Source: the human T2T-CHM13v2.0 reference genome, Homo sapiens. From it: a DNA stretch of 64,000 nucleotides. The DNA is taken from NCBI RefSeq assembly GCF_009914755.1, contig NC_060944.1. One strand, given 5' to 3'. The position numbers were made by a program, and so were the translations under genes. Positions 44,196-57,551 of this stretch are shown piece after piece. Every line of letters begins with the position of its first letter. The stretch's first letter is position 1. The notes beneath the pieces are model-generated. The model did no database searches, had not been told where the DNA came from, and worked only from the letters and a program-made list of their open reading frames with translations.

Positions 44196-44409
44196 ATGCA
44201 CACATAGAATTTTCAAATTTGAAATTAGAAAAATATTAGGTTAATAATAATGGAGGGGTTATATAGATGTGGCAAATTGTGAAGGTAGGAGATGAGTGGT
44301 CTCCCAACTGCAAGATTTTATATAGAATTTGTTTATCCAAGCTTTGTGTCAGTAAATAGGAACCTGCATCATGGAGAGACAATTCAGCTCATTTTTCTGG
44401 AAACTTTAG

Positions 44410-45260
44410 GAATCAGTTAACTAGTTACACAATAATGCTGCATAACAATCACTCTATAACTTAGTGGCATATCTGCAGAACAGGTGGGGTTGGTGACCTA
44501 AGCTGGGCTCAGCTGGCCTTGGCTTTAGGCTTCAAGTCAGGTCAAGGTCTGCTCCACATGTCTCTCATTTTTCTTAGAACAGTGGCTGCCCCAGGGCAGA
44601 AGCACAAGAAATATACAAAGTCTCTTAAGGCCTTCCCTCAAAACTGACATACTGTTGCTTTTACCCACAAGCCACTAGCCAAAGTAAGTCACACGGTGTA
44701 TTAATCGGGTCCTCCAGTGAAACAGAACCAATAAGACATAGGTATAGATAGATAGACATAGACAGACACAGTCACAGACACAGACATAGATGTGAAACTT
44801 ATTATAAGGAATTGGCTTATGCAATTATGCAGGCTGGGACGTCCTGCAATCTGCCATGTGCAAGCCAGAGACCAGGAAAGTTGGTGGTGCAGTTCTGAGA
44901 ACTGGAGAGCTGATGGTGTACGTCCCAGTTAAGGGTAGGAGAAGACTGATATCCCAAGTCAATCAATCAGGCAGAGAGAGCAAATTCTTCCTTCGGTTTT
45001 TTGCTCTATTCTGGCCCTCAAGGGATTGGCTGATGCCTACCTACATTGGGGAAGAATCTGTTTTACTCAGTCCACCAATTCAAATGCTAATCTCATAGAG
45101 AAACACCCTCACAGACACATTCAGAATGAATGTTTAATCTGGGCACCCCATATCTCAGTCACGTTGACACATAAAATCAATCATCACATATCACTAAGCC
45201 TAATATCGATATATCAGTTGGGCAGAGAAACACTCCACGGGAAAACAATCCAATTTACCA
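44410..45260 (-). mobile_element. MLT1 LTR interrupted by MLT2B
   Basis: ATAATGCTGCATAACAATCACTC...GCCAAAGTAAGTCAC, continuing after 45188. Confidence 0.6.
44697..45188 (-). mobile_element. MLT2B ERVL solo LTR
   Basis: TGTATTAATCGGGTCCTCCAGTGAAACAGAACCAATA...GTTGACACATAAAATCAATCATCACA. Confidence 0.88.
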
Positions 45261-45786
45261 CAGGATTCCTGGAAGATATCCAAGGCAGAAGTGAGAAATC
45301 TTGAAGGGAAAAAAAAAATCAGGGAAAATGAGAATAAAACTTATACCCTATTTATATAGTTTTATTCATTACCAAAACTTTAGACTATAGTATCATTTTT
45401 CTTTGATCATGCAGTCTCTCACTACGATTAACTGAATGATGCATACTAAAATTATAGAGACAAGTTAGACAAAGTATTATGCGTCAACTTCCTATGCCAT
45501 AAGACGACACTAGTAAACAACTTCCTTATGGGCTCAGGATGAAACTGAGTAATGTATTAAGTAGGCAAAACAGCATCATCTGGTGATGACTTAATGATTT
45601 TAGAAAACACACAGTAGGATCCTAATATAAGATAAACAACCCAGTTTTTCTTTTTTCCTTTAGTAGCATCCCTGTTATAGGAAAACTAAGCTGAAATTGA
45701 ATTAACTAAGTTGAAATTTGTTTAATGCTTTTTAGAATCTAGATGTTGCCTTCCTCACCACACTTACCAAACTATACTGCAGTCAG

Positions 45787-46661
45787 TATGGTAGATTACA
45801 AAACCAGCCACACTTCCCTACTCTTCCCTTTATCTATACCCTCTGCAATGCACCTGTATAAGTCTTCCTATCAGGAGGTGGAATTAGCTCACACTTTAAG
45901 TCTAGGCCAGTTTTGTGACTTGCTTTAGACAGTAGAATTCAGCATAAGTGACATCCTACAACATCTGAGTATAGGCTCGCATCTCACAAACTTCCATTCT
46001 CTCTTGGACCTTGTCATCATTATGAGAACAAGTCCAAGCTAGTCTGCTGGTAAATGAGACACCACATGGAACAGAGCTGTTTTGTCCCAGCTGAGATTAT
46101 CCTTGATGAACCAGGTCCTGGGCCACAGGCCTCCTCACACAGATGCACAACTGGGATTAGCCCAGATTGGCAAAACCACCCAACGAACTCATAGACTTGT
46201 GAGAAATAATAAATTGGTTTTTGCTCTTTTAAGACACTAAGTTTTGGGGTTGTTATGCATCGGTAGTTACTGACACACGTGGAGTGTACTCAGCCCAGTC
46301 TTCTACCTCACCAATGATGTTGGGTATGGCCATGGTGCTTTGGCCAATGGCATGTAAAAGGCTGCAATGTGAACGTAAACCTTATATGTGCTTGTGTGGG
46401 TGGGCTAGGCCTCTTGGAGTGTCCACTGTCTATGAAGCCCCATGAAGTTGTTGTTCTTTCAGCTTGAGTTCTGAAATGCAAACATGAAAACTTGAAATTG
46501 ACCTGAAACCTGTACTCCATCCTAGACCACCCAAGATCGATCAAACCACAGCTGACCTGCAGATTTGTAAGTGTGAATTAAAATGTTTTTTGTTATAATC
46601 CACTGAGATTTTGGTGTTTTTGTTAAGTAGCATTATCACAGCAAAAACCAAGCTAATATAC
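45787..46661 (+). mobile_element. Two abutting MLT1 LTRs (45787-46276 G/H-like; 46277-46661 I/J-like)
   Basis: Two MLT1 3' ends (TTTTAAGACACTAAGTTTTGGGG...CTGACACA and CCACTGAGATTTTGG...CTAATATA). Confidence 0.7.
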
Positions 46662-47184
46662 ACAGTCTTCACATGTAAAGTTAATGTACTGTAGGTTGCA
46701 TATTTCCTTGCTCCATAAACTAGCAGCACCCTTGAAAACATAATGCAATTGTTTATTGATTATATCATAATTGAATTGTACTGGGAAATTTTACAAATTA
46801 AAGAATTCTTTTATGAATTCTTTCTGTAAACCTCAGTTAATGGAGAAAGACCTTCCATTATATTGACTTCTTATTCCAGATTCAATATATTCAGTGCTAG
46901 ATTAAATTGAAATTTATCTGAAGCCCAAAGAAGAAGGCAAGAGTCCTAGTCATGACACCCCCGTGGATTTATTCTCCTTCGACAAATCTAAATATTACTA
47001 ACATTATCTAAAAAAAATCTGCCATTTATCTAGCTTATGAAAGTTCTGTAACAGAAAAGAGATCATAGATGTTTTGAAGATTCAAAATAGCATTTTTTAG
47101 AATGTATGAGATTATGCTAAGGCACTTATAACAAATATAGTCAAACCCTATATTCAAAGATGTATCACAGACTATTATGCTTAT

Positions 47185-47943
47185 TTCTGTTTATTGAAGT
47201 ACAGTTTACATAGAGTGCACAAGTCTGAAATATACAGCTCAATTAACTTTTACATACATGCACAAGCATCCAGATCAAGATGGAGAACACTTGCAGTACT
47301 CTGAAGGAAAGTTTCCTTGCAACCCATCCCTGTCTATACCCTTCCCATAAGCAATATGCCGAACTCTCATCACCTTAGATTAGTTGTGCCTGTTCTTGAA
47401 TTTCATATAAATGGAATGATACAGAATGTATTGTTTTGCATCTAGTTATTTTTTTCCATTAAATATTATGTCTCTGAGAATCATTCACATTGTTACATGT
47501 AGCCGCCAACCATTAATTCTTTTCCATTGGTGATTAGTGTTCCCTTGTATAGATACAGTAAAATTTGTTTATCCATTCTAAAATTGATACACGTTTGGAT
47601 TGTTTCCAGCTGTGAACTATTAGGACTAAGGTTCTATGAATATTTGTACACGTCTTTTTGTTGATATAAGCACTCATTTGGCTGTCTGTATACTTCTTAA
47701 TGGTATTTTAATGAAGGAAATTTTGTATAATGCAAATGTCCAAAAATAGAGCTTAGGCTAATTATTATATATTCATACAGGAACATATGCTGCAGCCATT
47801 AAAAGTGTTCTTTTGGAAGATTTTTTAATGGCCGTATGGTTTCAGTTATATCCCCAAATTATGTACAAATGTCTATATACATAGTGCAGTCTATGTATAT
47901 TTGCATGTGCAGATAAATGGGTTGTTGTGTGTTTACATGTGCA

Positions 47944-47979
<36 letters not shown>

Positions 47980-48120
47980 CAGAAAAGAACTATACCAGAG
48001 GTAAACAATAATCATCTTTAGGTAATATAAATATGTATAAATTCAATTTCATTTTAAATAATTCCCCATATTTTCAAGAGGAAAAATATTGTTTATAATA
48101 ATAAAAATACTTTAAAAATT
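47185..48120. mobile_element. Ancient L1ME-like 3' fragments (- strand to about 47690, then + strand); (TG)n at 47948-47976
   Basis: TTTATTGAAGTACAGTTTACAT...CCAGATCAAGAT...TTTCATATAAATGGAAT. Confidence 0.7.
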
Positions 48121-48196
48121 ATAAGTAACCGAAATCTTCTATTCATCAGTAAAATCTTACATGACAAACCACATTTTTGTAATGCTTTCTTTTATT

Positions 48197-49107
48197 TACT
48201 ATTTTATTTAACCTAAGTAATAGATCAAATCCTACTCCTCTTACCACAGAGCCAATGAGTCAGGATTGGTATAGTTAGGCCAAGCCGACATTCTCCTATG
48301 TGGCTCTGCCTGGACCATTTAATAATTCCAGTTTCTCATTAAGATTATTATCTAATTATACAATATGTAAAACAAGGAGAGAAAGAGGAGCAAGGAGAAA
48401 GGCAACACCTGAGTGCTTAATTGAGATAACAGAAGTACTGAACGAATCTCAGTAATTAGAGCCATCACAAATGAGATGCCTAGAAAATATTAAATAGCAT
48501 GGTCTAACAGTGTATTATATTGCAGGAATGAACCCTGCTATAATGACGTATAGGTTTATCACATTTTGAAACATAACCTAATTTTTGCTGTTTATTTTCA
48601 GTTTACAGTAAACATTTTTATTTTAAATGCAATATTCTGAGACTATAACTTGTTTTATTCTGCATAATCATCATAACCTCAATTAAGACTCTATTTTCAG
48701 ATTTAATTTGCCATAAATGGTCATCTGAAAGTCTCAACCAAAATCAAAGTCATTTTAGGAAGGAGTCTGAGAACAAGGCCATCCTGCAGCACTAAACATT
48801 TCCTTCTAGGATTTCTCTAGTCTAGGGATTAGTAAAATAGGCAAAATTGAAATTATACCATTATTCAATTCACTCAGTACTTCTGTTATCTCAGTTAAGC
48901 ACTCAGATGTTACCGTTATCCCTACTCTTCTTTCTCTCTCTGTTTTAGAATAGTTACTTTTCCTAGATATTGTACGATTAGATAATAATCATAATGAGAG
49001 AGCCACATAGGAGGCTGTTGGCTTGGCCTGACCATACCAATCCTGACTCATTGGCACTATGGTAAGAGATAGGATTTTATATATTGCTCAGGTTAAGTAA
49101 AATAGTA
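48197..49107. repeat. Long inverted repeat: arms about 48197-48447 and 48868-49107, spacer about 420 bp
   Basis: Manual reverse-complement alignment: about 28 substitutions over about 220 aligned nt, plus three indels. Confidence 0.92.
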
Positions 49108-49109
49108 TG

Positions 49110-49312
49110 TCAAGTAAGCAGGCCAAATCCTACCCACAGTTTCTTTTTGTAAGTTCCATGAGCAAAGAATGGTTTTTACATTTTTATATGGTCACATTTT
49201 AAATGGTTATATAAGTACATAAGTAACGCCCTTGATTTTTTCTTCTTGTGGCACGAAGTTGAAAATGGTTACTATCCAGTGCTTAATAGGAAAGAAATTG
49301 CTGACCCTCACT
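49110..49312. mobile_element. MER58 (C-like) hAT-Charlie element
   Basis: GGCCAAATCC...GAGCAAAGAATGGTTTTTACATTTTT...ACTATCCAG...TTGCTGACCCT. Confidence 0.75.
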
Positions 49313-49387
49313 CTAGTCCCCCTATGACACTATGATCTTCATTCATACTAATGAAATGGAGTGGGGTTTTTGGCAGAGATAATTCTA

Positions 49388-49775
49388 TGTGGAAACAGCA
49401 TTGTGCATTCAACATACCCATTTCCTTTGCCTCCTAAGCATTATAGGAATTCTTTATTTCCCAACTGTTCTTGCAGTTGGGTGGGGTCGGTGTAACTAAG
49501 TTCTGGTCAATGGCAAGTGATCTGGCCCTTAAAGCATGCTGAGCCTCCATATACTTTTTCTCTCTTCACTTGTGTGCTATATGAATGTTCTACAAAATGT
49601 ACAGCCACTAATTAGGAGCCTCGGTCCCCTCATCAAAGGAAGACTGCCCTTTGGATACCAAAGTATGAAGAGTATTGCAGCATAAACAAAAAGCAAACTT
49701 TTATTATGCTAAGCCATTGGGCTTTGGAGGGATTGTTTGTTATAGCAACCAATGTTACTTTCCCTGACTACTACA
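49388..49775 (+). mobile_element. MLT1 (J/K-like) LTR
   Basis: TATTTCCCAACTGTTCTTGCAGTTGGG...GTTCTGGTCAATGG...TTTGTTATAGCA...CTGACTACTACA. Confidence 0.65.
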
Positions 49776-51104
49776 AGTATAACTGGTTTTTCAATATTAC
49801 CATGCCTGATATTACCATCACATTGTTAACTCACAGAAACACACACACACACAAAAGTGTGAGAACAGTATATCTTTCAATCTTTGTGAGTAACCAAAAC
49901 ATCCCTTTAAAGTTTTAATTATTTGGCTTTCATGGCCCCGACAAATAAAACCTTTATTCCAAAACACTACTTTTTGTTTATCACTTATTATGGATAAAAG
50001 TTGATGGTTATTTACTAAACTACAATTTCAGAATCAAGTTAGACCCCAGGTAAATAAAGGAAAATCTCAACCTTTATAAAATAACAACCACGCTAAATTT
50101 GCATTCCAAAACGTGTAAACAGCTCTTTCATGCTTATTCCTCTACAAAGCTATTTCTCATTTAACTTTCATCATCCTGTTTAGAGTTTACAAGTGAGAAT
50201 CTTCAGATTTCAGTTTAGACACATCTGGCTCACAAATGAGGCACTACACCCTGAGTCATTGTGAAATCCTCGCCACAAGCATTGATGATGAGATCTTGTG
50301 TTTATTAGTAAAGACGTTAGAACCAGCCAGTCGCAAAGCTATTTTAAGTGGAGACATCTCTGATGTGGCATCTTAGAGGTGTCAGTTTGATCTTTCTCTG
50401 CTGAGGAATGGCTGGATTAAATTCCACTTCTAAATGCAAATTAATCAGTTTTAGCTTTCTTTCAGATATAATCTGAACTGAAGTTGTTGAAAGATTATTT
50501 CAACTACTCTTTAGTTATTAAAAAAAAAAGAGTTAAAACTTCTAGCCTGTTGGATTTTTTCTTTATTTCACTGAGCTCTTTTGACTTCCCTAGGGTATAA
50601 TTATATTCCTTGTGCTTTTTAAAAAATGCATCATAAAGCTAAGGTATTTATTATTTTTAAATCACTAAAAACAATTTTCATTAACAACAAATTTATTTCT
50701 CCTTTGTCTTACACCAAGCCTGACTTGCTCCCCAAAACAAAGTGAACAAAAAAAAGAATTTAAGGCTAAGCTTTTAAGAATGGATTGATAATGACTTTTG
50801 ATTGCAGCAGACAAAATTACTGATTCATAGAGTTCACCCTGAGGACAGCCCTCCTCTAATATGGTCACAGCCCACTGCCCTGAGGGAGTTGGATGATGTT
50901 GACAAACAACTTGGAACAAAGTGAAGTAAATTCCCAGGAAATTAGATGAACTCATGTTTCCCCTTTCTCCACACATAAGAAAAAGATAGCCAACACACCA
51001 ACATATTCTCAATCAAGAATTTTTCCCATTTAACCTCACAAAAATGACTTAGCATCTCCGTATCTTGAAATAGATTTACCCACAATTGGGAAAAATCTCA
51101 TCAG

Positions 51105-51851
51105 GGACTCCCTGATGTGATGCACTGAGAAGAACATAACATTATCCAGGCAGTATCCCTAGCCCAAACACATAATCCGAAATTAATCCTAGAGAAACAA
51201 ACATACAAATACAAACTGAAGGGCATTCTGCAAAATCAGCTGGCCTAGGCTTTCAAAGAATGTTAATGGCACAAAAGACCAAAAGAAAAAGGAGGACTGG
51301 GAGATGTGGACTGTTGAAGACCGAAGGTGATAAACAGACATGACAATGACAATAAAATGCAGAGTGATTCTCACCTGAATCCTGGACAGAAAAGAGTCGC
51401 TGTAAAGAATATTGTAGGGACAATTTGAACCATTTGAATGTGGTTTATAAGTTAGATCATATTATTGTGTTGATGTTAAACGTCCTGAGAATTATGCTGT
51501 GATGATGTAGGAGGATCTCCTTACTCTTAAGAAATACCTACTGTAGTATTTGAGGTGAAAGGTTGTATTTAGCAGGTTTCTCTGTGTGATGAACTACCCT
51601 ATTCACAAGAGCAACCATTTATTTTGCCCCTTATTCTATTTAGGCTCAGCTTACCTGGGTGCTTTCTCTGGTTTCAGCTGTGTTCTCTTAAGCTCTCTTA
51701 TGTGTCTGCGATGAACTGTAGGTCTACTAGGTGGCTCTGCTTCTGAGAATAGGCAGGTGTCAGCTGGGGCAACAGTGGTGACTAGGATCACTCCAGCAGG
51801 CTAGTCCTGGATTACCAACATAGCAGTGGGAAAGTTCCAATACAGAGACAG

Positions 51852-51912
<61 letters not shown>

Positions 51913-52190
51913 AAGACAGAGACAGAGAGAGAGATTGAGAGAGAAAGGAGGCATGTAAAGCTTATTGAAACCTAACCACAGAACTGGTACAACATCACCT
52001 CTGCTGCGTTTTGCTAGTGAAAGTAAATCACAAGGATTCCACGGGTACAAAGCCAGCTTGTAAAAAGCCTGGAGACAATGGGGAGAAAACTGTGGTCATT
52101 TTAAACAGTCTACCACAAGGAACTACAGATGTTCATTCAATTATGCTTGCAACTTTTCTATAGCTTTCCATTTATTTTAAAGCAAAAAGT
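51105..52190 (+). mobile_element. L1MC-like 3' end interrupted by an MLT1 LTR (about 51564-52116, - strand)
   Basis: CCTGATGTGATGCACTGAGAAGAACA...GGGCATTCTGCAAAAT; the LTR carries (CA)n(GA)n at 51853-51945. Confidence 0.65.
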
Positions 52191-53717
52191 AATAGAGGAT
52201 GGCGCAAGGAGCCAGACACAAAAGAGTATATACTGTAAAATTCAATTATATTAATTTTCAAAGGCAAATCAAATGTATGGTGAGAGAAGTCAGAATATTG
52301 GTAACTTTCAGGTAATTGGCTTCTGGGGTACTGGTAACATTCTGTTTCTTGATCGGAGTAGCAAAAATTCCATTTGGATATGCACCCAGGATACATGCTG
52401 TTTTCTATATGTACAGCATACTTTAATTTTTGAAAGTTTACTTTGAGAAATACAAAGCACGTTGGTCTTGGAAGTTAGGAAACCTGGGCTCTTGTCCTGA
52501 TGCTGCTACCAAGTCCCTGTGCAATATTGAGAATGTCTATTTAATTCTCTGGGCCTGTTGCCTCAACTGTAAAGGAAGCTAAATGAACTCTGTGGGCCCT
52601 TCCCAACATGTAGACCCCAAGATTTAATTCTGACCAAATAGTTTGTTCTCTTTTTTGCCTGGAAATTACATAACCTTGTAATTATGATGCACTTTTCTCC
52701 CCCAGTTATAACATGTGCCTGAGATTCTATTTTGCTTTCCAGAATTTGCATGGAAATAATAACAACAAAGCAAATGCAATAAAGGGGTCTCTTTTCAATG
52801 CAGATAGGAACTATAAGGGTTGGCTATTTGCAGAAGAGGTCACTGGAGGAGCAGGTCATTATGTTTTAATATCACACAGAAATGCAGTAAAGGAGTCTGG
52901 CATGTCAGGGAGAATCATCAGGAATGCTTCCAAGAAGCCGGTCCTATTTCACCACCGCTCCAGCCTTGTTCTGGGGAAGAATAGCACTCCCTCTGGAATA
53001 GTTTCTTGACCTCCTCAGAAACTCACCTATTTGGTGGTCTCTTGCATTCTCTGTACAGCTAGGGGCTTTTAGCATGAAGTGAAAAGAGCTACAGGTGAAC
53101 CCCAGTCTTCATAGGTTTTGTGTGTGTTGGAGCATAGGGAAGTGGAATGTTGCTGGCGATCCAGGTGTCCCACAAGCCTGGCAGCTGCTTTCAGGGGTGG
53201 AGACCCTGGGAGCACCTCTGATTGTGGTGATTTTCTCATTTCTGAGCACTGTGACCCCTTCATAGTTCAAAGGAGAGGCTCTAATGGAACAACACTTCAG
53301 GCTTTCTGTTCGTTTGTGTTTCCTTGAGGGCTTCCAGTTTACCTCTAAGGCTCCTTGGAGCTCCAAATTTCAGCAGTTTTCTAAAAGTTTCATTCATTGA
53401 ATAGATATTTATGGAGCATTTACTATGTGAATTCAGAAGTGAATGAGGCAAACAAGCACACTGCCCTCATGGACAGAATGTGGAGTCCTGTATCGATCAG
53501 ACAGAGACCTAGAATGACTTGCTTTTTCCTCCATGTGAGAGTGATAGTTGAACTTCACAACAGCCTGAGAGTAGACATTCTTAGCCCCAACTTACAGATG
53601 AGGCAGACGAGGAAACTGAGACTAGGGAGATAAAATAGTAAGTGAAGTCCATCTGACTAATTCCTTCATATACAGCCTCTAAAACAAGGTGGTGAGGTTG
53701 TGCCCAGTCCCTTAGGA

Positions 53718-53931
53718 CAGCGGTTGACAAACTAAGTCATGTGGTCCAGCTGCCTAGCTGTATACACGAAATTTTATTAAAACACAGCTATACCCATTCC
53801 TTCATGTATTTTCTATGACTGGTTTCCCACTGCAACACCAGAGTTGATTAATTGCCAAAGGGACCTTACAGCCCACAAAGACAAAAAATATTTACCATCT
53901 TGCCCTCTAAAGAAAAAGTTTGCCATCCCTC
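53718..53931. mobile_element. MER58A
   Basis: CAGCGGTTGACAAACT...TTTTATTAAAACACAGC...ATATTTACCATCTTGCCC...AAAAAGTTTGCCATCCCT. Confidence 0.8.
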
Positions 53932-53949
53932 CAGCCTCAGAACATTGCC

Positions 53950-54345
53950 CCCTAGTTAGGGTAATGAAAGTTCCTGGAACAAACCACAAAAGTTTAATGG
54001 CTTCACACATTTTTTAAAAAAGTTTATTTCTCAATTACACAATAGCCCAGCCAGGGTGTTCTTGGGCAAACGTAGGGGTCAGGTAGGGACTCTGCTCCAG
54101 AGACCCAGACTGATCATTGCTCTAAGGTTACCCTGGGCAAAAACATCCAGCCAGCAGACAGGGGTAAAAAAGAAAAGATCATGAACAGGAAGTTTTTATG
54201 GGCTAGATCTGAAAGGGACACACATTAATCCACCCATATTCTATTGGCCAGAATTCAGTCACGAGCATAGGATACTGAGAAATGAAGTGTACTAGAATGC
54301 CCAGGAAGAAACAGGTTTTGGGGAACACAGAACAGCCTCCACCAC
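53950..54345 (-). mobile_element. MLT1 (J-like) LTR
   Basis: CTCTGCTCCAGAGACCCAGACTGA...ATATTCTATTGGCCAGAATTCAGTCAC. Confidence 0.6.
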
Positions 54346-55286
54346 AATCCCTAAATACTAATCATTCTCACACCCAGAAAACGTCTCTGGCTGTGACTTC
54401 TCAAATCTGTTTTAAAGCTCAGATTCAATATGCATGTGTTTAAAAAACATTGCTTAATTGAGCCCTTACCTTTCTGAGATGCATACTGAAATATGTACAT
54501 ATGAAATGACATATCATGAATTTGCTTAAAATAATCTGAAACGGAGGAAATTTTTGAAAATACTGAGAATGCAGGTAAGACAAGATTGGCCATAAGTTTT
54601 GTTGAAGCTGGCTTATGAGTAAGGATTTAGTATATTATTCTCTTTACTTTTGTATATATTAAAAACTTTCCATAGTAAAAAAAATTAAGGATTACATTGA
54701 AACTACTCTTTGCTATGTTGTACCACTCTTTGGCAAAATAAAATAAAAACAATAAAATCCTAGTCATAATAGGCCACAAGGTTCTCTGCAATGATAGTAA
54801 CTACAGGTGTTCTGGCTTATTAATTTCTCTTACTTCCTTAAAATATTCCAGTCAAATAAGCCTGCCTGTAAGATAAATGGGACCAATAATGAAAGACAAA
54901 ATCTACGTGAGAATAGTACAATCAAGAGGCAGAATGGTTATAAAAGTTAATGTCAGACACCTATAGTACAAGCACTCCTAGGAAAGGTAATCTATTACTT
55001 GGGGTATAAACAAATACCAGATTTGTTACATGCATTTTAAAAACACTAATTGAGAATTACTCTGTGCAAGGCATTGTCTCAAAGATTATACTTGTCAGGA
55101 TGTATATACTATTATACCAGCTGCTGTGCAAACATCCCTACATCACAATGTCTATGAACAAAGTTTTATCTCACTTGCTCAAGGTTCAATGCAGATATTC
55201 CTGGTCCAATTTTTCTCTTTTGAGCAGTAACTCAATTTGAGTTCCTTTCACCTCAGAGTCCTTTGCCATGTAGAAAGGAAAGAGAG

Positions 55287-55646
<360 letters not shown>

Positions 55647-57514
55647 TTATGGTCAACCTGGAAGGAAAAAAGCTCTTCACAGCCCAAACCTAGATCCAAG
55701 TATACCTAGAAAATGTCTCATAGCCATGAACCCAGAAAGAAAACTAGATACTGGGATGGAGGTGGGGAGTGGGGCGATGCTCTGAAATGTTCTACCACAA
55801 AGGTGATCCCAATCAAGGTCTAGTGGGAAAACAGACATGCAAACAGACACAAGTGCCCCAAGTGTCATAAAATCAGTAATAACGATATGAATAGGGTGCT
55901 CTGGACGCTCTGCTGAAGGAGGTAGGATTTTAAACATTTTTATCAGCTATTGGTACAATTTCATAAATGTACTTGAAACTTAATTGGTTTAGTCTATTAA
56001 ATTTGTAATTGTTTTTCCACAAAAATTGTAAGCCCGTGTTCCCTAACTCAAAAACAGAGCCCTGCTGGCAAGCCTGGTTCGGCAACTGGAATCAGAGCGT
56101 GGGTGTTTATCAATACTCGTTATATGTGCTTACTGGAACATAAATTCACCTGGAATGGGGATCTCTCAGCGTGAAGGGATTTTAATAGGATTCATTCATA
56201 CATTTGTTCAACATTTTATAAAGACATCTGTCCCCAAAATTCAATTTACAATTTTTACAACATTTTACAAAGACTTTGATCTCCAAATCTCCATTTACAA
56301 ATTATTTTACAAGAATTTACATTCATTGCAAAGGTTTCTTTCCAGAGTTTTTTAAAGGTCATTTTTGCCTTGGGTCCAAAACTGTTACTTTTAGATGAGA
56401 GGAGAAGCAGCTGAGGTTTACATGTGCAGACTGTGTGTGATGAAAGGGCAGGACACAGCGGCCCCTGGATCCTAATTCAGACCAGCCTGCCTCTGGCAAT
56501 AGGAAAGTCATTTGTTCCTGCGAGCCCGTATCATAATCTGGCACAACTGGAGGTTAGAACAATCCTTAAAACTCTTTGGCTGTGGGATTCTAGTTTGCCA
56601 TCTTAATTTATACATTCTATTTCGGCGCTGATTCTCCAGCCCTTTCCCTTTTAAGTGATCCTAATTAGAAAACACACAGGAGGATCCTTCCAGGATTTAA
56701 AAGCTGCTGGGATCCCCTCTTTGATCTCCCATCTGAAATACGGACGGTTATTGTTTCGCGTTTCCCCCCACTCCCCCCGACCCGCACTCCAGTGACAATT
56801 ATTGGCATTTTAGAGCCTAGAGATAGAAATAAGATGTCTGACAGGCCCGGCTGCCTAAAAATCCAAAGCAAGCACCCCTCCAAACATCTCCCCTCCTCCC
56901 TCGCACCGTTCCCCACCCAAAAAAAAATAATGAAAAGGAAAAAATATAGCAGACTCTATAAACAGCTGCCAATTTATTAATAAGATGCTGGAGTTAGTTA
57001 GAATTTTAAAGATGCTTCAGGCATCTTTAAGGAGGCAGCAAGCCCTTCCTCTCCCGGGCACAAATAAGCCCAACCAGCAGACCCTACCTTAACTACCGCT
57101 ATTTAAATTCTGCAAAGTACCGCGGTGACCGGAGGAACCTTCGCAAAGGCGCAAGGGTTTGCCTTAATTTGGTTAATACTTGGTTGAGATGCCTTGCGAG
57201 AACTCGAAAGCAGTTGAATTAAGAATCTTAAATCTTTCTAGGACGCGGAGAAGGAAGGTAGGAAATTGGGGAGGGGGAAAGGGAGGCGTGCCGTCAAGAA
57301 AGAGTTGATTATTTATTTAATTTCATTCACCAAGGGAGAATTCGGAGGCTCCATCCCGGAGGCACTGGGGTCCGGGACGCGGGAAAGGCTTGGAAATGTG
57401 CGACGCGGCTGTGTGCGAACGCGTGGACTAGGTCTTGGCTCGCTGGGAGGGAAGGGCTGGGCCGGCGCTGGGGAGGAGGAAGGGAGGGAACGGGTAGGAG
57501 GAGGGGAAGCGCAG

Positions 57515-57551
57515 TATAAAAGTCCCGGCCGGACTGAGCGTCCGCTACTCC
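57515..57551 (+). promoter_or_regulatory. Candidate TATA box + initiator core promoter
   Basis: TATAAAAG at 57515-57522; YYANWYY match CTACTCC with A at 57547, 32 nt downstream. Confidence 0.5.
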
